A stretch of 64,000 bases of DNA from Polymyxa betae A26-41 (lineage: Eukaryota > Protista > Endomyxa: Phytomyxea), in the NCBI GenBank assembly GCA_003693705.1, contig RBZT01000348.1, positions 88,886 to 152,885 on the forward strand, given 5' to 3'. The notes under the pieces are model-generated. The model was not told where the DNA came from. It was given only the letters and a program-made list of their open reading frames with translations, and made no database searches. Shown piece after piece: positions 24,301-37,100 of this stretch. The stretch's first letter is position 1. Each line of letters begins with the position of its first letter. The position numbers were made by a program, and so were the translations under genes.

Positions 24301-27300
24301 CTTGGATTGCTGTGAAATCTGCTGGCGAAATCAGCAGCGAGCTATCTTCTTTTCTTGACAAAGACTTGAACCTGGTGGCCAAAATCATACTGCCGCCGCT
24401 GGATGAGACGACTGATGTGCTATCACTTAGAGCTGCTGCACCGACTGAGGATTTGGAGTTGCGCTCAGATAATGTCGGTTTCGGCCTAGAAATCGATCAA
24501 GACGATATCGCTGTTGTGACTTTCACATCTGGCTCAACAGGGCTGCCGAAAGGAGTTTGTGGCCGTCACGGCCCTCTGACACATTTCTATCCATGGATGA
24601 GAGAAAAGTTCCAGTTCTCTAACAAAGACCATTTCAGGTTAGTGTCACCGTTTGGTCATTATTTTGAACTGATCCATTGCCAGTATGTGCTCTGGGATTG
24701 CACACGACCCTTTGCAACGCGATATTTTCACGCCATTGTTTTTCGGCGCTCGCATCTGCATTCCTAGCGACTCTACGATCAGGGAAGGCCGGTTATCTCA
24801 GTGGATGGAACATGCCAGAATCAATGTCTCATGTTTAACCCCGGCCATGGGGCAGCTTCTCACAGCGTCGTACAATAGTGGTGATACCCCACCTCTTGAA
24901 TGCTTGCGTTCCGTATTCTTTGTTGGTGACTGCTTGATGAAATCGGACGTTATTCGGCTCCGCACAATGGCACCGAACGCTACCCTTGTCAACATGTACG
25001 GGTCAACCGAGACGCAAAGAGCCGTCGGGCATCTTGTTGTACCAGTTGACATCAACCCGATAAAAGACGTCGTTCCTGTTGGGGCTGGCATGTGCGATGT
25101 TCAGCTTCTAGTTATTAATGAGGCTGGTAAACTAGCGGCCATAGGCGAGCGCGGTGAAATTTACGTTCGTTCGCCGCATCTGGCCAGAGGTTACCTTGGT
25201 CTTTCTGAACAAACGGCGGAGAAGTTCATTTTAAATCAATTCTTGGACAAGCCCGATCCACACGATAGAATGTACTTTGAAGTTGCTTTTGATCGATGCA
25301 ATCTGGGCGTAATGGTTTGAATAGGTACCGAACTGGGGATTTAGGACAATATAATTCACGCGGCTGGGTCGAGTGTTGCGGTCGTTCCGACGATCAGGTT
25401 GGCTCCATATGATCCGTGCATCTATATCTTGACTGTTAGCAGGTTAAAATCCGTGGATTCCGTATCGAGCTAGGTGAGATCAACGCTCGATTATCTCGGC
25501 ACCCTTATGTCAAAGAATGTGTCACAATTGTCGTAAACGAGGACGGCGGTAAGCACAAGTCTTTTGATGTGAATTCAACTTGATCGATGAATCGGATTTG
25601 TTGTGGCTAGATAAGCTGTTGGTTTCATTTGTTGTGTTGAACATCGAGATTGCATCCCGCGACAAAGACGTCGAAGACATAGTTGCTGTCTTAAAAGTAG
25701 ACCTACAGAGCTCGCTGCCGCATTATATGGTCCCAGCAGCAATCCATATCATCAGCTCGATGCCGCTGACGCCGAATGGCAAGATCAATCGCAGCGCTTT
25801 GCGGGCGCCGCGTCGCGAATCGATGCATCAGCCTCCGGCTATATTAAATAATACTCAGGAGAAGATCGTGCAGGTTTGGAACCGTCTCCTGCCCAACGTT
25901 GGCGAGGTCAATATCGATGCGAACTTTTTCGATCTGGGCGGTCACAGCTTGTTGGCAACGCGACTCATAATGGGTATGTAGTAAGGTCTAGTCTGTCATT
26001 CTGGCTCAAATTGTAATTCAGAGTTGTCGCGATCCTTTCATTTGACGATTCCCTTACAAACATTGTTCACAAACGCCACGATCCGTTCTCTTGCAGAAGC
26101 AATCGACTCGCTAGGCGGGGATCGCAAGTGCGACGACCAGAATAAGATGCCGAATCTTATAGAAGATGTGAACTATAATTGGTGTTCCGATATTGAAATT
26201 GCCATTCAGAAACCGAATGATGAAGTGAAGAACGTTCTCGTAAGGATGTCGCTTTCTGTTGTGCCGATCTTTCAACTTATTATAGTTGACTGGATGCACT
26301 GGTTTTGTCGGCTGCTATTTATTGGTAGAATTACTTCAGTGCCTTCCTACAGCACAAATCCATTGCACAGTTCGTGCCGAATCTGGCGCTGCCGGTATGA
26401 TCAGGTTTGAAACAGTTTTACGTATTTCTGCACTTACCGTGTTTACCTCATCATCAGGATCTGTAAAGCCCTTCAAAGTCACCTGCTCTGGCGCGACGAG
26501 TTTCAGAATCGCATTACTCCTATCATTTCGGATTTCTCAAAACCGAACGCTGGCTGGACCGACGTATTCCGCTTTGACGATACGGTTTTCCATAGTAGCT
26601 TATTTTTCTAGGAAACTGTCACGGAAATTTGCTCGAAAATTGATATCATCGTCCATAATGCTGCTCATGTTCACTGGCTGCTGCCTTATGATCGGTTGCG
26701 GGCCGTTAACGTTTCCGCTACCGAATTTTTCCTAAAGATCGCTGCCAACCTTAAGTTGAAACCATTCCATTTCATAAGGTGTGAATGTTGACTTCACTGT
26801 CACGTCTGTGCTCAAATGTTATTGCAGCACAACTTCTGTTTTGGAATCTGCCCAAAACAAAGATTCGTCCAAGAAAATGTTACTCTTGGAGTCTGCACTG
26901 AATGACAATTTTCGAGGTACTTACAATTCAGAATTGTGTTTGTCGATTTTTACATGGTCATCCATTGAACTGGAACGATTGCTCAGGTTTGAGCAGTGGC
27001 TATGCCCAATCAAAATGGGTTGCCGAAAAACTCGTGAGCGAAGCCAGTTCTAAAGGAATCACAGGTAGCTCAGTTTGTAAGGACTCGATAATGCTTCTCA
27101 TGCTATGCTTCAGCCAACATCTATCGGCTGGGTTATGTAACTGGCGATTCCCGTACCGGTATCAGCAATACCGATGATTTTTTGGTTAGGTTAATGCAAG
27201 GTATTGTAGTTCTATACGACAATCTCTGTGTAACCATTCTTCGTAGGCTGCATTGAACTGGGGTCCTGTCCTTTTATGGAGTTTGTTGACGGTAGGAGTA

Positions 27301-27946
27301 TCGATCATCCTTATTAGGCGGTTTATCAATTACAGTTTTTAGGTGATCGCGGATTCACAATCGACATGAGCCCGGCAGACTATGTAGCAAAAACCGTCGT
27401 TGAAATCGTTACCCACAAAAAGTCTGCCGGGCGGGTTTTCCATGTCACAAGCCCGAACCCTTTGCCTTTCTTGTCTTTTTTCCAGCAGATCAAAGATTAC
27501 GGTCCCGACGATGATACAGTTTATGCTGTTCTTATTGCTGATAACTTTCTCAGGTTACGAATTGGTGAATCTGCCGTATGCAACATGGCGACAAAAACTT
27601 TTGGAATCTGTCGCACGAAATGAACCCAATGCTCTAACACCGATCGTCTCGTATTTAACCGAGAACTGGACCGACGATCTTGCTAAAGGACTTCAGCTTG
27701 ATCGTTCGAATGTCTTGGAACTTTCGAGCACCAAATTTCCCTGTTTAGACAGAATCGGTCAGAATATCGCTCCATGTTGCGATCCAATGCTGATACCCTA
27801 ACCACACAGTTCATATATATCTGTCTTATCTCGTCCGATGTGGTGCTATTCCTGCTCCCAGAGATGCCCCAGATGATCATCTTCAAATTGATTGGAGCGC
27901 TATTACCGCCCAGGTACATCGTGTCACGCGAACACAGCGAAGCTGA
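21355..27946 (+). CDS. LYS1-LYS2: Fusion protein: saccharopine dehydrogenase (Lys1-like) + condensation-like + adenylation + thiolation + thioester reductase (alpha-aminoadipate reductase, Lys2)
   Basis: Lys1 motifs: [73 protein letters not shown]. The same open frame (21863-23233) continues into C-domain motifs ([27 protein letters not shown]). Lys2 A domain: [65 protein letters not shown] domain: [10 protein letters not shown] domain: [21 protein letters not shown]. Confidence 0.9.
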
Positions 27947-28116
27947 TTTTTAAGACAATCTATCAATAACCATTGTCCAAGCTTGTGTAAAGTTTATCTA
28001 ATAGATAATGATTCACTCCAAATCGAACGCTGACCGCATTACTCGCAGTGCTCAATCGTACTTCTCCTAGATGAGTGCCGATGTTGGCTTAGAAACGCAG
28101 CATGGATGGAGCGCGA

Positions 28117-31100
28117 TTAGCCATTGATTGGAGAGAACGATGCGGCCATTTGCATTGACAGTTTTACGAAGCTATCCGATCTTTTGGCGATTTGAGTTGG
28201 TTTCTTATGATTGGCTATACTGATCAGGATTTTAGAAGCCTAAGCTCACAGTAAATTGTGGAACAAATCAAGTTAAAACATTGATGACACCTGTCGCTTT
28301 ATATCAGCGGTTACACCAAATTTCGACAATGCTAGAACTGTGTCGACCACATCGTCGTCATTCTCCAGAGCAGCTTGCACATGAACTGAGCACAACATGA
28401 AATGTGGAAACTGCTGCAGGTGATCTGCAATACCATTGTCAAGCAATGAAAGGAAGGCATTGAGGGCCAGGCGACGGCATTCCAAATCGGGATGCAATCT
28501 GGTCGCCAGGATGATTGGCATCATTCCGGCTTCAATCAAGTCAATATGAACGTTTTCATTCGCTGTAAGTTTCGCCAGCGACCGGCATCCTTTCTTCTTC
28601 AGCGCCAGATCCTGAACAAACCGCAGTTTGTCAGTATTGATACCGAAAATTCAATATCACGCTAAGATCAGACTGCAAATGAAGATAATAAGAAAAAGAA
28701 AACAGAGATCGCAATGAATTCAGGGACTGTAGATAGGGTTCCAGACCTTGCTGATGATGAAATCCTTCAAGAGGCGCACTCCACCTGAAGCTTTCACAAA
28801 CGCCACCTGCGCATCACGATACTCGGCCAGGCTGAGCAGCAACGCCAGCGACACGCGTCGGATGCGAACATCCATCGTTCTCTCATAGATGTAACCAAGT
28901 GGTTCAATCGCACCGCAAGCGGCCGAGAATCTACCATCGCAATCAGGCAGCAGACATATCATCTACACGGTAGTACCGCTTGCAATCGTCATTAACCAGC
29001 AAACAGTTCAATGCGAATACAGATAGTTCCACGATTGTTTCATCGACATTTGATCCACCGGGTCGATGTATGTCACTAAAATTGATCAGCTGGCTAGAAC
29101 CGATCAACGACGCCCATCGGTACCGAATTGGATGCACCATCGCCTTGACCAGAATTTCGAGCCGTTCCGGGCTTAACGCGTAATTCTCGAAATAATGAGC
29201 AATGTCGGAAAGAGCATGCAGAATCAGCTGCTGTGCCTACATATCAAGAGCATTACCGAGCTGCCGGACCAACTCAAAATCAATTACGTTGGCATCGGTT
29301 TGGACCGATCTGTGCTTTGAAAGTGTCTCGAGACTCTCAAATCCGGCGCAGTTCACAAACTCGACGTGGTTAATCGTGTTCCGGGCCACATTCCTCAGTA
29401 TATGAATACAATCGATCGGGTCACCGATCTGAGAATCAAACAAGAATCAGGGGCCAGTTCGCCAACCGCTGGGTCGTACCGTCCCGGCCAGAATCAGGTC
29501 GGTGATTAGCCGCAGACCGCGACGCTCGACAATGGCATTGGCGTATTCTGGATTGTGCGAGATGGCCGCCAGCAAGTATAACGACTGGATCCGAAGCTTC
29601 TCTTTCGGGCTGCGGAGCAGGGTCAGTACGGCGCCGAACCCTTCGCTGGAGCACTCCAGCAGCATGTCCATGGTCTCGCGCGAATCCAGGAACATACCCA
29701 GCGTCTCTGATCCGAGCATCGCTGCAATACACATATTCAGCTACTGTCCGACCGTACCGCCCCTTCCATGACCAGCCCACCTGTTCGCTCATCGGGGCAG
29801 GTTGAGATATGTGCCAGAGCAGGAATCAGATTATCAGATTTGCCACGAAGAGCCACCGAACTGAACAACACAGAGATAACCATGTTAGAAACATTATTAA
29901 AACGAACATTAGATTTGGGACGACGCCGACGTACTGACCCTTCGTATTTGACGAACGAATGAACGATCTCGGCGACACATGTGAAGATTGGGACGTCTTC
30001 GCTGAAGCAGAGATCGATCAAGGTCCGGACATATTCATCTTTGGCGAGGTATCGGGTTCCCTGAGCCAGCTCATCAGATGGCCAGCACAAACCACACCCG
30101 TTGTTGGTTGATGAATTATACCTGCCCAGTCCGTACGACGTTTACGAGCGCTAACAGACAGAGCCATTTGGTCGAGCGATCTTTCGACTGAATATAGACC
30201 AGCAACAATGATACGAAATTCTCCTTCTCCATCAGATCCGCTAAACACAACCTTAGATGATGGACATGACAGAAACACAACTTGGTAAAGAACTGTCAAA
30301 TTGCTCTTTGAGAATGTAGTTGCGTACCGATGCTTTCTGCTTTCAAGATGATATTGATAAGTGAGATGAAGGTAAGTTTCTGTGTGAGACCATCTGGTGA
30401 TCTCAACATAGCCGGCAAACATCGTGATTCGAAGAAAGGACGATCATACGCGTACACCTTGAACTCAGGATGACATGATAATCGACATAGAGCCAGAGCA
30501 GTGAACCGCTCCGTCAGCATCGCCTGGATCGACAATCAGAACCCCGAAAACCCTAAACCCTCAACCCTCGACCTGATCTCCAGCCCCGTATTTCAGCAGA
30601 GCCTGCATGATATCGGCGATATTCGTCAAACTGAAATATCGGGCTTGTTTCACCATGGTCGAAGTCAATGAGAACACCAGATTAGCCAGGGCCTGCGCTC
30701 CCATCGCCTACACACGATCAGCCGCACAACTCCGAGGGAGCCGTACGTGCCCACCTGGCTCATGGCATTGGCCAGGGAACAGTTGATGAAATCTGTGAGA
30801 ATTTCGAAGAAGTTGGTCTCGATGAGGCCTGAAGGAGTTCACCGATGTTAGAAGCAGGTAACCCTAAAACCCTAACCGAGATGGCATCGGACGTTGAGGA
30901 CCAGGTTGGACAGGGCCGAGACGGCGTTGGCTTCGGCGACGGCATCACGATCCCGGCTGAGCAAAGCCGTGACGATGGGATCATCGGCGATCACTTCCTG
31001 ACCCAGATCGAGCTCATCATTCCTGAGACAGAATCCGTCAGTTTAGAGCTTCAATACAGCTGAACAAGATCACGTTTGTGATGGATCATTCTCGTTATCA

Positions 31101-34100
31101 CTATCTTGATCACCCTCCTGAGCCCATCGTAAGCACGATGTCAATATTCAAAACTTGTTGATTTCACCTTCCGTTTCGCGATTTGATTTCGGTTGAGACG
31201 ATCAGCTTGCGTCTTCGAGATCGTCCTCTATGCACAAGCAACCAATGAACAATCCATTTTCTGTACAGAAGAAGAGATGTCGCGTTCGTGAAACCAACAC
31301 TCGATAAAATTGCTTTCAAATCGAGAAAATGGCCAACTCAAATAAAGGCGTAAACCTGGGCGGCTCTGAGGCTATGCAACAGGACACGTAATACATCAGG
31401 CCGACATAACAGCTCATGATACGCCTGGTAATATGTGAGCTGGGCCAGGATGCCCAACGCCATGAACCGCGCTTTCATCCCGAAATCGGTGTCAACATTG
31501 GAATTGGCGACCTCAACCAGGGTCGTCACATATTCGGCTTTCAATACGAACCTGTACGACGGTCATCAACTCGGCATCAACAAGACAGAAGCGGCACCGT
31601 ACCGGCTCACGTTGAACGACGCTTCACTGATCATATTGTTCACGGATTTCAGCGACGCCCAGCGCAGAGCGACATTATCGAATTTGGCGAACTGGAAGAG
31701 GGCGTCGAATCCGGTCAGATTACGACCTTTCAAGAAGGGATAATTGGCAGCATTGGATGAGATCACGTTCAGCGCCATCGCCAACATACGCGGCACGGTG
31801 GCGTCGCCGCTAGCACCGAGCTTGGCCAACAGATCCATGGCGTCATCACGCAGGACGTAGATCAGAGCCGGACCGGATTTGGACGGCGCTGCCATACCTG
31901 TGGACATCCTGAGTCCAGGGATGCACGAAACCCTAAACCCTAATCAGACCCATGAAGGCGAGTGACGCGATCAGCGGGTTGTTGGATGTTAGAAATCGGA
32001 CGAAGAGCGGCACCATCCCGGATGATTCCAGATTGAAGGGTTGTAGAGCTTTCTGATCGCTGTAACCTTGTGAGGCCGACCAGGATCCGATCATGGCCTG
32101 ATACAAGATCACGTTGGTTTTCAAGAATACAATCGAGATCAATAAATCAGCATTGAAAGAAGCAGAATCTGGACGATGATTGAAAACTTGGAAGGAATCA
32201 AGAATCAGAAAACTTCAGAAAACAGACCGAATATTGGGACAGATTGCCGAGTACGACGGCAACTTGCAGGGCGATGCGGGCGTCCTCTGGATCATGATCG
32301 GCCAGATACAACAGCGTCTTCAGCGATCGTTCATGAATCAATTCCTCGAAGAACGACCTAAACAGGTTCAGGGCGGTTTCACGTTCTCAGAGACCAACGA
32401 CGGACGCACCTGTACGACGACAGGATTGCCATGGTCCAGGCGCTGAATGCCCGAATCGGGTACGCCTTATGCCGGGCGCTCTTGTAGACGAGTTTCAGAC
32501 CGCCCCGAGCCCGGAATCGTTTCGCCCAATCCTCATTGAAACTCAGCCGAATTACACAACCCAGCGCGTGACGATGTACGGCCGCCTGTTGTCGTTCAAT
32601 CTTGCGGAATCGCGAATAATAAGTTTGAAACTATTAACCGCGGTAAAAATTGGAATGAGCGGTTTGAACAACAGAAAAACAAGAGAAAAAAGGAACGACT
32701 TTATCAGAGACGAGAAGTTTCATGAGAGCATCAATGATATGAGGATCTTGTAAGGCCATCTGTCTGCCACGTTCATGATCGAGAAGATCCTCGAGTGAGG
32801 TGATGGCCAGCTCATGGACACCTATACTACCAGTCCGGGATTCGCACAGGAACAACAGGGCTGGATTGTAACAGAAATCAGTCGATTGGGCCGGTACCAC
32901 ACACGCACGTTACCTTCGATGGTGCCCAGATCGACCATCATCCCGACCACATCCTTCATCGAACACAGTTTCCGGATCATGACCGCCGAATGGAATTCGC
33001 AATTGGATTCGTCGCTGCACTCACCGGTGAGCCCAAAACACCACGCTACCACGGGTCATACTGGTCCCCATCAGTCGCTTACTTTTCGCCCTGGGCGCGG
33101 CTCCGGGCGCATTGAACCAGACCCCGGATTCCGTGCTCATTAACGAGGATGGGTTCGGCGCCCTCCATGGTCGATAGCAGCGCCAGAACGCGAATGATCT
33201 GGGCCGAGACCTGTTGGGCGTGGATCAGTACGACCCCGGGATGCAGGGACGGGGACGGGTGGACATGCTGGACCTTGGGGGATCCCTGGGCGACCACGTC
33301 CCAGAGCGTCCGTGAGATGTGCCCGAGATCCTGACGTAGTAAGGAGGCGATGGCCGCTGCTGAGCCCATGGCGATGTTCAAAGTTCGAGCCGCTGGTAGC
33401 TGTGTGTGCTCTGTTGTAACATGATTAGCCGTTACGTTCACGTTTCAAGTTCGCCGACCTTGATTGCTTTTGAGCAGGAAGAGGAGCCCTCCGACCAGAT
33501 CCTGCTCGATCAATGTCTCCAAGATACAATCATGTTGTGCGAGATTTAAGAAGGCAGCTGCTACAGATCGCTACGTAACATAAGATGTCATCTGTAACAC
33601 TGAACAGGCCGAAACCCTAACCTGGACAGAGGTATGTGGTGAGCTGCACTCACGTGACATCTGCGGAATCAACAGGCCGCTCTCCACGATACGTTTAGCG
33701 TTACGCTCCGTGATAGCCAGGCCCGACACTGTCGCTATAGCATGACCTTGCGTCTCTTCATCGTCACATCTGCGACAACACGCTCGACAATGTCACGGAC
33801 AGGGCAATTTTCGCCGCCATACCCGACCAGGATGGATAATCGGCCCATCTCGACGTGCGTGGCGATAAACTCGTGATTATCCAGGTTACCGGCCAGATTG
33901 GCCAACATCAGTGCCAGGCAGTAACGTATCTCAGGATCGTTACGCATGGCCAACTCGAAGATACGTTTCACGACATCGCCGCAGTTGCGCAGGATATAGA
34001 AATGGTATCGGGGCACCTGAACAGACACGTCTGATCAGCGACTGGCGTAACGAAACCAGCACAGCCACGTTACCGATGTATAGTTGCAGATAGCGATGAT

Positions 34101-37100
34101 GGCGTACTTGGAGATGCGCGAGTCGACACGTTTCGAGAGCGCAGTCTTTGACAGTCGTTGTAGAAGATCATCGGATGGATTGTCCAGACGATGAATGTCG
34201 CTATTATTGGGACCTAGAGGACATGCCTATACTGGGATATCTGCATATGCAACCCTTAAACCCTAGCCCACGTACTTCATGATGTAGATTGGACAAGGCC
34301 CAGATACAGGCCAGTTGGACATCGACATCCGCCGATTCGATGAGCTGCGCGAAAATGTCGTCTTCGCTGGCCCGTGCGATCTTCAGCTGAACATCCTTGA
34401 ACGATAAAATATGCCCGATCGCCCACGACACTGCAACGATACTGGGTTTTTAGGGTACAGCGACCAACGCGTGTCGTACCGGAATGGCGAATTTCCCGAT
34501 CGGAATCGTTCAGGCATTTCAGAAGCGGGAACACCCCATCTTGGACGATGAACTGACGGAATTGCGGAAAGTACGCGATGTTCGCGAACGTACGCGCCAC
34601 CAAACGACGAACCTGCCAACAATATTAAAGAAATCTCCCAAAAATCAATGTAAATTGATCAAACCAAACGTAAGAAATCATCAAGACCACATTGTCAAAT
34701 TTCAGCGTAAAAAAGGCGAAGTTTCTAGCAGACCTGAACGTCAGAATGGTCGAGCATCTGTACGAGAGCCTGAACGCCGCGTTCTTCCCCGAAACTCTTT
34801 ACACAGATATCGTACACGGTCAGCTGGGTCAGAAGCTGAGCCCTATCGACCAATTGAGAACCCTAAAACCCTAGACCCGTCAAAACGCCCGACATCTGTC
34901 GCGTACAGGCCACCTCCCGCTTGCGCCATTCGGCACCCTCTTGCAGCAGGAACTGGGTGATACCTGCCTGCAGCATGAACCGAACATTCTTCTCGTGCAG
35001 CGCCAATGTCGACAGTGCACTAGCACGAGAGTCAGCACGACCCCCCAATACGACACCCAAGCGGTACCTTAAGGCTTGAACTTTCGCGGTCGGGTCCATA
35101 CATCTGGCCACAGCAATGAAGGCCTCCATCACCGATTGTACAGCGAACATGGAATGCATGTACATGGTCGATACAATATTGATCATGAACAGCGACGTAT
35201 GCTATTATAGCGCATTGAGCAAATGAACGGAGGGGACGGTACGGCCGCGAGAGACCTGAAGCAGCTCGACATCACCGGTCTCGATAAAGGCGGGCAGACC
35301 ACGGAACACGAACGGGCCAGCATCGGTGAAATGTTCCTGATTGATCAGATGGAAGCTCATATTGGCCAACACGTACATACAGCACCGACGTTCCTCTATG
35401 GGTTTGGCATCAATAAACCCAATCGCACGCCAAAATTCGATCATGGCAAATGATTGGAAAACAAAACAATGAGAACAGTATGTCCAAAACACAGAGAAAG
35501 ATCGATAAACTGACCGAGATCTCCCTGTGAGCTCTCACATAATGTCAGGAACGATTTGACAATGTTCACATCCATGAGATCAACAGGTGTATGTTCATGA
35601 CTAGCGAACGATCCTGCAGCCCAGATCAGATAGACGACCATGACGCCAACGGGGCCAGTACCGACCCAGGGCGTTGAACGCGTATTTGCGGAAGGCGGCG
35701 TGCGGCGACCGGACGAACGGGGCGATCACCTGAATGACACGCGTCCGTTTCAGTTCTTCGAGGATTTCGGGGACGCCGGCGCATAGACGTGATAGAATGT
35801 GAACGCCCAGTGATTGCAGCGACATCGAGCCTGGAGCAGTCTCAGAACCGACGCCAGCGACAACGATTGACGATGGCGAACCTTTCCGAACGAATTTGAC
35901 GACGAAGTCGAGAAGTTTGGTCCCGATCATGGTACGTTGTACTTCTTCGCTGTCGCAGATGTTCAACAAGAACCGCAGCGCTTCTTGTTGGACTTCGGAC
36001 GACTCCTAAACCGGTTATAAATCATCGGATGGATTTCCCGAATATGGCGCGACCTGTCCCATGAAATGCTCGATCAAGGGTAGGTTTCGATACCACTTGT
36101 ACGACGCCCGAACCTATCAATGTCCATCATTACAGTATCATTAGAAACGCACCAAACAAGAAATCGTGACAATCGAAAACGGGCAATGACGCAGCGATAC
36201 CTTGGGCGCCTTCGTAACATTACTGAGGACTTCAGCGACGGCTAACTGAAATGGTGGATCAGGCCATCGCTGAGCGATCTCCAGGATCTGTTTAACGGAA
36301 ACGGCGGCGAACGTCTCCCGCGCCACATTATCACGCAGCATGGTCACGATGAACGATAGCGCCGACATGGCCGTCTCCATGGAATCCGTCCCGAGGATGT
36401 TCTGGACAGCCTGACAAAACCCTAAACCCTAACAACACCCCCTGTTGAAACTCGCGGACCTGAAACGATGCCCTCGAGCTCAGGAACTCATGCAATGCCT
36501 CATTGGCGGCCAGATTTGATAGCAGCATGGCGAAATAACGCTGAACTTCGCTGTCTTTACTGCTCGCTAATTCGAAGAAGACAGTCAGTTGCATCTGTAG
36601 CTCATCCATAATGAGTCCATGCGAGGCGATATTCGCCGCCAAGTTCGATAGAGAGAGCAGCGCATATCGAGTTAATTCATTATCTTGTTCCATGGAAGTA
36701 ACCTGAGCGGGTTGTTAGTTGAATAGGACACGACGCGGAGGGGTTGGTCGTACCAGAAGCGAGAGCGGTTGTAGGATCTGCTTGACGCAGATGTACCGAT
36801 GATATTCGACATTCTCGGATATGATCGCGCACATGATACAGCTGAAGAACAGCGACGCGCTATCGTTATCTTTAAGAGCGGCCGTGATCACATCTAGACA
36901 TCCTGTGGACCAATCCCATCAATAAATCAATACGGAGCTCTATCGGATACCACAACCTGCATGGATCATATCGCCCTGATAGGCCCGATTCGACGACAGA
37001 TTCGCCAGAGCCCTCGTAGCGCCCTGACGCACACGCGCATCCCTCGACATCGCCAAATGCACCAAGTTATCGATTCCTGTACGACGATTTAATCGTCACC

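Noticed and set aside
20156-27946. Secondary-metabolite gene cluster (GST + NRPS-like gene)
   Set aside because: The other neighbours are housekeeping genes, and adjacency alone is not evidence in such a compact genome.
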